Below are positions 9,158 through 19,964 of a stretch of DNA of 21,633 bases, piece after piece (the stretch's first letter is position 1; every line of letters starts with the position of its first letter). The notes under the pieces were generated by a model. The model was not told the DNA's origin and ran no database searches. It worked only from the letters and a program-made list of their open reading frames with translations. The DNA comes from Octopus sinensis (lineage: Eukaryota). Location: positions 1 to 21,633 of the forward strand of contig NW_021823691.1 of the NCBI RefSeq assembly GCF_006345805.1, written 5' to 3'. The translations under genes were made by a program, and so were the position numbers.

Positions 9158-10183
9158 GCGAAGATTAATCAGGAAAAGTCAGTGCGATTGCGGCTCGGCA
9201 CCTGGAGAGGCAACTCCATGTCGTTCAAATGTGTCCTTGGGTGCTGGACAGACGGACCAGTTAAATTGCTCGGGATCTGGTTTGGTCCGGACCTCCAAAA
9301 ACTAGGATGAGCTATCGAGTAGGGTGACTACTCTCACTCATAAATGGGCCGAGAGGAAGCCATCACTGAAAGATAGGGCAGAGGTAGATAACACGAACAT
9401 CGCATCCATCATCTACAGCCGCTTGGCTGCTGTCGTTACTTGTGCCAATTCCCCATGATTGTATTGGAACGTACCCTCATTCGCTTCTTGTGGAATCGGC
9501 GTGTTCCAATGGTCAAGCGGTTTGTCTGCTATCAGCACCCGCTGCAGGGTGGACCGGGCATACCGTAGCGGATGATGAGCAAACATACGCTAAGGCTGCG
9601 ACATTTTCAGCGCTTCTTTGATGATGAACAGGTGTGGTCGCCGTTCACCAGATAATGTTTCCCAGCTGGTCTCCCTGGTGGAGATACAGTCCTGGATCAA
9701 ACAGAGACCGAGAGAAGGTACTTAGAAAGTGGAATGTCTTCAAGTGCTCAGTCTATTCCTACGATAGGTGGAAAATGCACTTTGCCGTTTTATAGAGGAT
9801 TACTGGTGGGAAATTTCGACGACGTTCTTGGAGGGACCTTGGACATCAAAGATAATCAGCTAAACTGTCTCTTCCGGAGATCTTACGGCTCGAGACCGAT
9901 GGATAACTTCCAGAAATCCTTGGCCTGGCAGTGCTACCGGAAAGCTTTACCTGTTCGAGATAAACTCTACCAGTAGGGAAGTGTCGTTAGCCGAGGATGT
10001 CCGAGCTGCGCACAGGACGACAAAACTTTCCTGCATGTACTCTTTCAGTGCCCGTGTATTGCTGACCTGTGGGTTTATGTCGAACACCTGTTGTCCCGTG
10101 TGGGACTAAATCAATTGGGAAAATCGCCCCGCCGCCTTCTTTTAAGCGGGAAGGCAAGTAGTTTTTATATGCCTGGTGTCCAT
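9158..10183 (+). mobile_element. Decayed Tx1/L1-group LINE ORF2 C-terminal fragment (RT end, thumb, CCHC)
   Basis: AKINQEKS...VKLLGIWFGPDL; WAERKPSLKDRAEV; RFLWNRRVPMVKR...HPLQGGPGIP; SLAWQCYRKALPVRDKL; CPSCAQDDKTFLHVLFQCPCIADLW. Multiple stops and frameshifts. Confidence 0.88.
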
Positions 10184-10226
10184 GTATGTATGTATGTATG
10201 TATGTATGTATGTATGTATGTATGTA

Positions 10227-10269
<43 letters not shown>

Positions 10270-10270
10270 G
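10184..10270. repeat. (GTAT)n-(CT)n-(TA)n compound microsatellite
   Basis: Directly visible. Confidence 0.95.
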
Positions 10271-10358
10271 GACGGTGCTGAGTTGTCAACATTTAAACCA
10301 AATTTTCTCAAAACAACTTGTCCGACCGTCCCATAGGCCTCCCCTTTGAGAAACACTG
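10271..10358. mobile_element. Possible orphan hAT-type terminal fragment
   Basis: Ends TTGAGAAACACTG (reverse complement CAGTGTTTCTCAA), similar to the hAT TIR at 1717. No partner TIR or TSD found. Confidence 0.4.
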
Positions 10359-10399
10359 ATTTAACCTAGATTTGAGCAAAAGAAGAAATAAAGATAGAC

Positions 10400-10791
10400 T
10401 TTTTTCTGTTCCAAAGAAAAACGATTTTATTCACACAAATATGCAACCGAAGAGTTTAAAATACCAATAATGATAAGGCTGTTGACTGGGAGAACACAAA
10501 CATTGTTTAAACAGTAATCTTGGGAGGAAAGAAACACGCCTTTAAGCAGTACAAAAACAGCAAAACATGAAGGTGCAGTTATGTACAGGTTGACGGAAAG
10601 AAAGCAGGACAAAAACGGCTTGATCGATCGCCTTCTCACCTGGAATCGATTTTTGTAATTTTTTCCAAGACTTATTCCAGCCTGATACCGTCGGTTTCTA
10701 CATATCAAATTTGGGCACAATCGGATGGAGGATGCCCGAGATCCGAAAAGACACACACACACACAGACAGAACGGATTTTATAAGATATAT

Positions 10792-10794
<3 letters not shown>
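10400..10794 (-). mobile_element. Helitron-like element, 5' portion
   Basis: Minus strand A|TCTATATATCTTATAAAATCCGTTCTGTCTGTGTGTGTG...CCGATTGTGCCCAAATTTG is a typical non-autonomous Helitron 5' end. The 3' boundary was not identified, so the start coordinate is approximate. Confidence 0.6.
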
Positions 10795-10826
<32 letters not shown>

Positions 10827-10868
10827 GGTATATTGGTAAGGCTTACTGCTAGGGCGTCTGGCCGCATG

Positions 10869-10904
<36 letters not shown>

Positions 10905-11061
10905 GATAATATATTATATATATGTAAAGAGATAGATAGATAGATAGATAGAAGATAGATAGATAGATAGATAGATAGATATACAGTAAAAGAGTATATA
11001 TATATTAATATAATATATATATATCTATATATATATATATATATAATATATATATATATAT

Positions 11062-11094
<33 letters not shown>

Positions 11095-11110
11095 CTCATA
11101 CATACATACA
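10795..11110. repeat. (TA)n/(GATA)n compound microsatellite with a short GC-rich island at 10824-10866
   Basis: Directly visible. Confidence 0.9.
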
Positions 11111-11680
11111 CACACGATAATCGTCAAACAAACGTTGAGACACGTATTTTAGTGTTCTGCTCGCATTTCAAACATACATAAATAGAATACTTAGGTGAGC
11201 TGAAATCGAGAGGAAAATAACTGACAGGGTAAGTTTTCTGTAGTTTTCTCAATATCCGAAGAACGAACAACATTAATTCTTCAGTCTTCAGACGTTGTCA
11301 TTACGTTTAATTCTTCTTCTGTTTCAAAACAACACAACAACACACTTATATAATTTCATCATTTATCTTTTCAAATTCGTCGTTTATTTTTTTTTGTTCT
11401 TTTTATTTCTGAAAACGAGGTAACATAATCTTAAATAAATCTCCAAAATCTTTTGTTTTGAACGTTTTGTGTATAATATAATTAATGGATTATCTAGCAT
11501 TTTGAATTAATGAGGTACGATACACTGAAACAGACTGATTACAGCTATATATCATTCACTTTGTGTGATAAAAAGAATATATTGCCCTAATATCTCTTAT
11601 GATAATTATTTAATATAATTACTTGCTTGAAAAAGAATTTCCACGTATATTTGCTTCTCAGTAGAACTGAAAATCCTATA

Positions 11681-12083
11681 TCTTTTATTTTTTTTTACTT
11701 GTTTCAGCCATAAGATTGTGCCCATGCTGTAACACCGCATTGAAGAATTTTAGTAGAACGACTCGCCCCAAGTACTCATATTTTTTTCATACTTATTTCA
11801 TTGGTCTTTTGTGCCAACTGCTAAGTTACGGGGACGAAAATACACCAATAGCGGTTGTGAAGCGGTGCTGGGGGACAAACACAGACGCAAGGATACACAC
11901 ACGCATACGTATGTATACGAAGTGCTTCTTTCAGTTTCCTTCTAACAAATCCACTCACAAGGCTTCAGCACCTCCCCCGGTGGTATTCTAGAAGACACTT
12001 GCCCAGGGTTCCACGTAGTGGGTTTGAAATCAGAACTGCGTGGTTGGTAAGCAAACACCTCACCACACAGCAACGCCTATGCC
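11681..12083 (-). mobile_element. SINE family A, older diverged full-length copy
   Basis: Reverse complement runs from head (GGCATAGGCGTTGCTGTGTGG...) through CCTTGTGAGTGGATTTG to the AAACAAGTAAAA tail. Confidence 0.85.
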
Positions 12084-12086
12084 GAA

Positions 12087-12122
<36 letters not shown>

Positions 12123-12126
<4 letters not shown>

Positions 12127-12485
12127 CGCAGGAGTGGCTGTGTGGTAAGTAGCTTGCTAACCAACCACACGGTTGCGGGTTCAGTCCCACTGCGTGGCAT
12201 CTTGGGCAAGTGTCTTCTGGTATAGCCCCGGGCCGACCAATGCCTTGTGAGTGGATTTGGTAGACGAAACTAAAAGAAGCCTGTCGTATATATGTATAAT
12301 ATATGTATATGTGTGTGGTTTGTGTGTCTGTGTTTGTCCCCCTAGCATTGCTTGACAATCGATGCTGTGTGTTACGTCCCCGTCACTTAGCGGTTCGGCA
12401 AAAAGACCGATAGAATAAGTACTAAAAGGTGGTGCTCCAGCATGGCCGCAGTCAAATGACTGAAACAAGTAAAGAGTAAAAGAGT
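12123..12485 (+). mobile_element. SINE family A with an internal ~35-40-nt deletion near the 3' end
   Basis: Colinear with 3337-3762 but reads GAATAAGTACTAAAAGGTGGTGCTCC, lacking GGCTTACAAAG...GTCGACT. Confidence 0.9.
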
Positions 12486-12487
12486 AA

Positions 12488-12585
12488 TATATATATATAT
12501 ATATATACAGACATACATACGCACACACATACACACAAATATATATATATATAGATATATATATATATATATATATATAACATAT

Positions 12586-12657
<72 letters not shown>

Positions 12658-12690
12658 TACAAATGTATCTATGTATATATGTATATGTAT
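12488..12690. repeat. (TA)n/(CA)n compound microsatellite
   Basis: Directly visible. Confidence 0.9.
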
Positions 12691-12859
12691 CTTTCACACT
12701 CTGTAGTGTGTGAATACTATTCTTAAGATCAACATTTACTCATTTGCAACCATTTCTAGGCTTTGTAACTAACACTGTTTTGTTTTTATCCAAATTAGAT
12801 GAATCTTACCTTTTTACTTTGGTTGCGTCCTAAGCTACATATTGAGCTACGAAACTTGA

Positions 12860-13320
12860 AAATTGCTTCAGTAGAAAAAAGTGTCAGTGAAATATGCGAG
12901 GTCAAAAACGGGAGAATAACGCCTGAAATCGATTTTGAGTCCAAATATTTTGTTTTTAAAGAAATCTATATTTTATTTTAGCATTTATGATAGATCTTGG
13001 TGAGAGGAATCTATCCATGTTACTTATATGCAAAAGTATTCAGTAGAAAAATGTACTGAGGTAAAAATTCTCGAAAAAATATGAGATTAATGCCTGAAAT
13101 CAACTTTGATTACAAATATTATTATTTTAAAAGAAAACTCTATTTAAATTCAACCTTTCTGATAGATCTCCAGAGGAATCCGATGAGGTCAATTATATCG
13201 AAAAAAATAAATACGAAACCAAAAAACTACTGGGGCCAAATGTGCCGAAAACAGTGGTAACGCCTAAAAGCAAATTCAAATCTTAAATTTTTTGTTTTTG
13301 TGTAAATATTTTGTTTTTAT
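12860..13320 (+). repeat. Diverged tandem repeat, ~171-bp period, ~2.7 units
   Basis: TCAGTAGAAAAA at 12868 and 13040; GCCTGAAATC/GCCTAAAAGC at 12921, 13092 and 13262; TGATAGATCT...GAGGAATC recurs. Confidence 0.7.
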
Positions 13321-13496
13321 TTAGTTCAAGAAGAGTGTTGTGGCTCCTCGTGCCATACGGTGGATGCATTGGCTATTTTTGAATTTTAAAAACCCTTTCT
13401 ATATTAGCCAATGCAACGAAATCCTGCCAGATAACATTTTGTTTTTGGGGTTGGTTGCAAGATTCTTTATGGGAGTTCGTGTGTTGAAGCATATTC

Positions 13497-13767
13497 TATT
13501 GCGTCTGGGGAGAGTCATTTTCTTCCTGTGCCTTATATTATAGCACATTCACCGGTAAAATTTCCACTTTTCTTCTTATTTTTATTTTCTTAAAATTTTC
13601 GTTGCGTCTTGTAACCTTTTCAATAGTTTTGGCTTTTTCTATTGAAAAGGTTGCAAGACGCAACGAAAATTTTAGGAAAATAAAAATAAGAAAAAAATGG
13701 AGATTTTACCGGTGTGTGTGTTATAATATAAGGCACAAAAAGAAATTGACTCTCCCCAGACACAATA
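13497..13767. mobile_element. Palindromic TA-flanked MITE (130-bp arms, 12-nt loop)
   Basis: 13497-13626 is the near reverse complement of 13639-13767 (TATTGCGTCTGGGGAGAGTCA...TTTTCAATAG / CTATTGAAAA...TGACTCTCCCCAGACACAATA). Confidence 0.85.
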
Positions 13768-14034
13768 TAACATTTTCTTATTTTTAGCAATTAAGAAAGA
13801 AATATGTGAAAATTAAAAAAAGACACAACATAAAATTCTTATTTTAATTCAATCATCAACAATGAAAAATAATTCAAATATTTTTTAAGAAAAAAATATT
13901 TATTAGTTTTATTGCATTGAATGGGGAAAAAAGTGGATTGCAATGAAATTCTACTGTAGAAATCGTGTTCTGTACTTTTCCAGGTGTAATAACTTAAGCA
14001 TATTAACACGCATGCACCCTCACTTTTCATTGTA

Positions 14035-14067
14035 ATGTATATATGTATATATGCATTTTATATTATA

Positions 14068-14114
<47 letters not shown>

Positions 14115-14170
14115 ATATGTGTGTAGGTAGGTAGGTATTATATATATATATATATATATTATGTATATGT
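14035..14170. repeat. (TA)n-rich compound microsatellite
   Basis: Directly visible. Confidence 0.9.
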
Positions 14171-14202
14171 TTATATAAGTGATAAAGTATATATTTTCTA
14201 TT

Positions 14203-14400
14203 GAATTCAGAACTGGCTCTGTAAGGTTTGACGTTTCGCATACAACTACGTCAATGTAAAAAATGCCATGGAGGATAGGAAAAATAGATGAATTGTGCAT
14301 ATGTATGTTTCAAGAGTTCTTGCTTTTTCATGACCAAAATTATTTACATAGGTGCATTCATATGCGAAACATCGTAAATTACACCGCTGGTTCTGAATTC
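14203..14400. mobile_element. Old ~200-bp MITE-like element with ~40-bp imperfect TIRs
   Basis: GAATTCAGAACTGGC...GTTTCGCATA (14203-14242) versus TATGCGAAAC...GCTGGTTCTGAATTC (14361-14400). Confidence 0.6.
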
Positions 14401-14548
14401 TTTAGTTTATCGCTTAAAATAAGAATATCGCACTGCCACACAAAAAGTAACACGCCATATTGACTCGTAAACCTTTAATATGCTTGGTAGTATATTATGG
14501 CTGCAAAACGAAATACTGTGTCATTGCTTGTTATATATATGTATATAT

Positions 14549-14871
14549 GTGGAGGCACAATGGCCCAGTGGTTAGGACAGCAACCTCGCGGTTTCGATTC
14601 CCAGACCGAGCGTTATAAGTGTTTATTGAGCGAAAACACCTAAAGCTCCACGACGCTCCGGCAGGGGCTGGTGGCGAACCCTGATGTACTCTTTCATCAT
14701 AAATTTCTCTAACTCTTTCTTCCTGTTTCTCTTGTACCTGTATTTTCAAAGAGCCAGCCTTGTTACACTCTGTGTCACGCTGAATCTCCCACTTGCACGT
14801 TAATTTCACGAGCAGGTTGTTCCTTTGATTTGATGAACTGGAACCCTAGTCGTCGTAACCGACGGAGTGCC
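14549..14871 (+). mobile_element. tRNA-headed SINE, family C2 (distinct head and body, C1-type 3' half)
   Basis: Head GGCCCAGTGGTTAGG...TTCGATTCCC; from TACCTGTATTTTCAAAG onward it matches the C1 3' half, ending GTCGTCGTAACCGACGGAGTGCC. Confidence 0.85.
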
Positions 14872-14886
14872 ATAGTAGTAGCAGTA

Positions 14887-14935
<49 letters not shown>

Positions 14936-14947
14936 ATATATTATCTT

Positions 14948-15075
14948 CTCCGGGACTTTCTTTAAGCCTAGTACTTATTCTATCAGTCTCTTTTGCCAAA
15001 TCACTAGTTACGGGTACGTATACACACCAACACTGATTGTCAAGCGATAGTGGGAGACAAACATACACATATATG
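14948..15075 (-). mobile_element. SINE family A internal fragment
   Basis: AAGCCTAGTACTTATTCTATCAGTCTCTTTTGCC...TTGTCAAGCGATAGTGGGAGACAAACA matches the family A reverse complement. Confidence 0.8.
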
Positions 15076-15242
15076 CACACACACACACACACACACAAAT
15101 ACACACACACACACACAAACACACAGCCAATCCGAGTTGGTGATTAAGTCCATCGTTACTGAAAATGTCAGTCTATAGAAACAATTCAAGTGACAAAATT
15201 CTTAAGAGGAGCATTGGAATGAATAATCAGTTTCAACTGGAT

Positions 15243-15251
15243 CTATCTATG

Positions 15252-15333
<82 letters not shown>

Positions 15334-15352
15334 CTATCTGTCTGTCTGTCTA

Positions 15353-15405
<53 letters not shown>
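15243..15405. repeat. (ATCT)n/(GTCT)n/(CT)n microsatellite
   Basis: Directly visible. Confidence 0.95.
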
Positions 15406-15736
15406 ATTTGCATTTATTTGTTTTACTTTCGAAACACTGATCATTCCCTCTCTTATTTTTCTTTCCCCTCTGTCCATCCATATTTCTCAGCATCTTGAAT
15501 TAATCTCCATACTTCTCAAATAAATCACGTTTATATGCTGAGTGTTTCATCTGTGAAATAAATAAATCTCTTGTATATTTCATTCACTTTCACGTTGATT
15601 GTCTTGTCTGATTCTTCTCTTCCTTCTGTTCTATTCTCTCTATTAATTCTGTCTTTCTTTCTTTTTAATTCCCTCTGCTATCCTTCTATGTGTCTTCCTG
15701 TTTTACTTTGGTGATCTTTTCATTTAGGCACATATG

Positions 15737-16100
<364 letters not shown>

Positions 16101-16109
16101 ACGTCTGGA

Positions 16110-16425
16110 TGATGAAAATGTTTTAATGTTCTTTTCTCGGCTGCATAACAGGGCACTTTCCGCTGCTATTAAAATAGACCTTGCAGTCTTCTTTGTGTTG
16201 TTTCTGATGGTTGCAGGGTTTCTAAATGAAACGAGACAGGCAGTGCAAATGTACTCATGTTCCTGCACCTGAAAGAGTGTATATGCTGTGTATACCTATC
16301 CTTAAATTCACTGAGTGTTGTGCCCGTGCATTACCTTGTAATGCAATCGGGTGGTGTGGGGATGGCTCTATAGATCATCATCTGGTGACATTGCAAGGTA
16401 TTGCACACGGAATGAGAGGGGAAAG
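16110..16425 (-). mobile_element. Probable Penelope-like GIY-YIG endonuclease remnant
   Basis: Minus-strand translation MMIYRA...R*CTGTTLSEFKDRYTQHIHSFRCRNMST, then in another frame RSILIAAES...LCSREKNIK. This resembles the Penelope pattern IYKA..YIG.T..EFK.RY..H..SFR..ST / WSIL..A..C.LC..EK. Confidence 0.55.
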
Positions 16426-16499
16426 AATCAGTGAGACAGACGAGTAAATGACTATTTAGATATAGAAGAAAAGAAATTTATAAATGAGAAATTTATATT

Positions 16500-16596
16500 T
16501 GCTTGGTGTCACGCAGTAGGACTGATTCCGCAACAATCTAATCGAGAAGCAAGCTTTTTTACCACACAATCACGCACACAGCTACTCAGCCACGCC
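16500..16596 (-). mobile_element. Degenerate family A-like tRNA head
   Basis: Minus strand TGTGTGGTAAAAAAGCTTGCTTCTC...ATCAGTCCTACTGCGTGACACC resembles the family A head. Confidence 0.65.
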
Positions 16597-16983
16597 TGTT
16601 TCCGTCCCGTAAATTAGCGGTTCGACAAAAAGAAACCGATAGAAGATTACCGCACTCCAAATAAATAAAAATAAGAATATTGGTGTCGATTTAGAATCGT
16701 GAAATATTGCAGAATTTCTTCCGACTGTTTAAATACTGAGTTCTTATGTCTATTTACAGAGACGAAGAACAGGAAGTTTACCATTCTGCATTCCTATCCT
16801 ATTCTATCCTTATTTTCCATGGAACCGCTGTTTCTACAAGTGATAATGAAGAAAAACCAACCAAATTACCATAAAAATGAGATCACAGCGGGAACCAAGA
16901 AAACAAAAGTAAACATGAATAAATAAATACAAATAAGATGAGCAAATCTTAAAAAAATAAAAGAAAAACGTGATGTCGATTAG

Positions 16984-16997
16984 CAATAATAATAATA

Positions 16998-17028
<31 letters not shown>

Positions 17029-17300
17029 TATAATAATAATAATAATAATAATAATATAATGATAATAATAATGATGATGATGAGGATGAGGATGATGATG
17101 AGGATGATGATGATGATGATGATGATGAGATGATGATGATAATGGGGATATTGATAATAATATCAAATCAATAACAACAAAATGATCATTATATGAATAA
17201 TAACAATAATAATAATAACAACAACAACTATAATCGTGTTAATAACAACAACAACAACAACAATAATAATAATAATGATGATGATGATGATGATGATGAT

Positions 17301-17338
<38 letters not shown>

Positions 17339-17350
17339 AATGATGATGAT
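16984..17350. repeat. (AAT)n/(GAT)n/(AAC)n trinucleotide arrays
   Basis: Directly visible. Confidence 0.95.
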
Positions 17351-17559
17351 TATAATAATAGTGAAACAAATGGAAGCGATGATGAGAAATAAAATAGCAA
17401 ATGAAAAATAAATAATTTGTCAATTGTAAGTTTCAGGAATTGAAAATCGATCAATTAATTCTTGTTGAAAGGAAATTTGCATATTATCTTTTTTACATTC
17501 GATCGATGCAATTGAATCGAAAACAAGAGCGTGATGAGAGGTATCAATAATGATAGCAT

Positions 17560-18150
17560 AACACACACTCACTCACACACGTACACCCTCACCCACATAC
17601 ATACATACATATATACATACAACATACATACATACATACATACATACATACATACATACATACATACATACATGTATCCTACCATGACAACGCCCACACC
17701 ACCATCACCACAACCACTACCACACCACCACAAATACAATCACTATCACCATCAATACCACCACCAATACTACCACCACCTCAACAACCACCACCACCAC
17801 CACAACCAAAACTAGTACCACAAATACAACCACTACCACCACCAAAACCATCACCACCACCACCACCAGCAATACCACCGCCGCCACCACCACCGCCACC
17901 ACCACCACGACCACCACTACCACCACAATTACCACCATTACCACAACCACAACCACCACCACAAACACAATCACTACCACCACCAATACCACCACCACAA
18001 CCACCAATACCATCACCGCCACCACCACCATCACCACAACTACCACAACCACAACCACTACCACAAACTCAACCACTACCACAACCAATACCACCACCAC
18101 CACCACCACCACCACCACCACAACAACAACAACAACAACAACAACACAGC
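17560..18150. repeat. (TACA)n followed by a degenerate (ACC/ACA)n tract
   Basis: Directly visible. Confidence 0.92.
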
Positions 18151-18312
18151 AACAATATACATAGACGGACTCACATATATACACACATACAAACATGTTG
18201 AAATTCCAATGAAGGAACCTTGGATCTAGGTTAGAAACCGGCTCTTTCTCTGTTTGCAAGAAATCTTGAAATAAAACTGAACACTGACATACTGCCACAC
18301 ATTCATTCATTC

Positions 18313-18583
18313 TCGTTTGAACCTGTCGTTATAGGGGCATCAGATAAAGTACCAACTAATTTGCTCAAAACCCTAGAAACACTCGTTTTCTTGGAATAAG
18401 AGCAGAAGAAACTGACACGGATTCTCCAAATCCAATCTAGTAGTGGCACAGTGAAGATTTGTAAGTCGTTCAAAAAGTTCTGCAACTTAACCACATATTC
18501 ACAAACACTCAAAATGTCCAATCGCTTTGCTAACGACCGGCGTGTACTCTCTCCAAAAAAACTTAAATTAAACTCAAAAATCG
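18313..18583 (+). mobile_element. 3' fragment of a second RLE-type (R4/NeSL-like) non-LTR element, followed by (TACA)n
   Basis: SFEPVVIGASDKVPTNLLKTLETLVFLE*EQKKLTRILQIQSSSGTVKICKSFKKF parallels the RLE C-terminus P(I/V)(I/V)IGALG...LQK..L.GT..I.R seen in 8654-9155. One in-frame stop at 18397. Confidence 0.6.
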
Positions 18584-19080
18584 TACATACATACATACAT
18601 ACATACATACATACATACATACATGCACACACACATAATACATATATACATACATATGTATACCTACATACATACACAGACATACATACATGCATGCATA
18701 CACACACATACATACATATATGCATGCATACATACACACACACATACATAGATACACACACATACATACACACACACATACATACACACACACATACATA
18801 CAAACATACATACATACACACACATACATACATACACACATACATACACACACATACATTCATTCATACACACATACATACATACATACATACATGCATA
18901 AATACACACACATACACACACATACATACATACACACACATACATACATACATACGCACACATTCATACACACATGCATACATACATAGATACACAAATA
19001 CACACACATACACACATACATACACACACATACACGCATATATACACACATACACACATACATACATACATGCATACATA
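18584..19080. repeat. ~500-bp (TACA)n/(CA)n degenerate microsatellite
   Basis: Directly visible. Confidence 0.95.
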
Positions 19081-19229
19081 TATATGTTGGCCGCAAACTC
19101 GTTTTCCAGTATCGCCATCGCTTGATCGAAACTCCAACATGTGCGAAGGCTACGACCATCCGGACACCCCCCATGTACTTCCACGTCCCCACGCATACAT
19201 ACATGCATACACACACATGTAGACATATT

Positions 19230-19420
19230 GTTGGATGGGCGTTGACTGCTCATGAGATCTTCCACCCTTTCACAGGTCTTATTTCCCGTCCTGCAGGGTG
19301 TCCATCTATCACCTTCCTCTCCAAGCAATCTTGATGGAATTGCCAGTTTAGTTGTCGACGACCCGACCATGCAACAGGTTGTAGTAGGCTACATGTGGCC
19401 AATAGCGCCAAAGAGCGACC
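19230..19420 (-). mobile_element. Weak RTE-like LINE C-terminal remnant
   Basis: GRRQLNWQFHQDCLERKVIDGHPAGREIRPVKGW loosely matches the RTE pattern RRL.W.GH...LEK.I..G...G.R.RGRP..W. Confidence 0.3.
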
Positions 19421-19467
19421 TGACATACATACATACATACATACATACATACATACATACATACATA

Positions 19468-19898
19468 GGATCTCTTCGGTTTAAACGGCAGTTTTTTCTA
19501 GCGGTGTCATATGAAATTGTCACCCATATTTATCACCCTAGTATCGATCTATTGCATATCTATCTGTTTTAGGGTTAGGGTTAGGGTTAGGGTTAGGGGT
19601 GGGGGAAGGGTTTCTTTTTTTCTTCACAAATGTAAATAAACCCAATCTGTTTCTTAAACGAGGGACATATTCATAAGGCACAGAATGTTTTTTTTACCTC
19701 AATAGACGTCAGTGATCGGTTGAAATTGCAGAAATTGAAGAAAAAAAACAACAAATATCTTACAAACTATAGAATTTTCTCAATAAAGCCAAGAGAAAAA
19801 GATGTTTTATAAACACATTCTACCAGTATACGAAGTTTAAAAGTGTTTAGTTACCTAGAAATTATGTTAAAAACTGCCGTTCAAACCGAAAAGTTCTC
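19468..19898. mobile_element. MITE with ~30-bp TIRs and an internal (TTAGGG)5 tract
   Basis: GGATCTCTTCGGTTTAAACGGCAGTTTTT versus AAAAACTGCCGTTCAAACCGAAAAGTTCTC; TTAGGG x5 at 19569-19598; inserted in a (CATA)n array. Confidence 0.85.
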
Positions 19899-19964
19899 AT
19901 GCATGCATACATACATACATACATACATACATACATACATACATACATACATACATGAGGAGGA

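Noticed and set aside
11153-11235. Plus-strand donors (TTAG|GTGAGC, AGG|GTAAGT) suggesting an exon
   Set aside because: The acceptor is weak, the peptide is unrecognisable and there is no partner exon.
12860-13320. CRISPR-like or alpha-satellite array
   Set aside because: The context is eukaryotic, units are diverged along their whole length with no repeat-spacer structure, and the 171-bp period alone implies no homology.
16763-16925. Possible plus-strand terminal exon (acceptor TTTACAG, AATAAA downstream)
   Set aside because: The peptide is unrecognisable and such signals are common by chance in AT-rich DNA.
18198-18281. Short complex segment that seems familiar as a cephalopod repeat
   Set aside because: It is single-copy in this window with no TIR, TSD or tail, so it cannot be classified from the sequence.
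19569-19598. Telomere or chromosome-fusion scar
   Set aside because: Only five units are present and they lie inside a TIR-bounded element.
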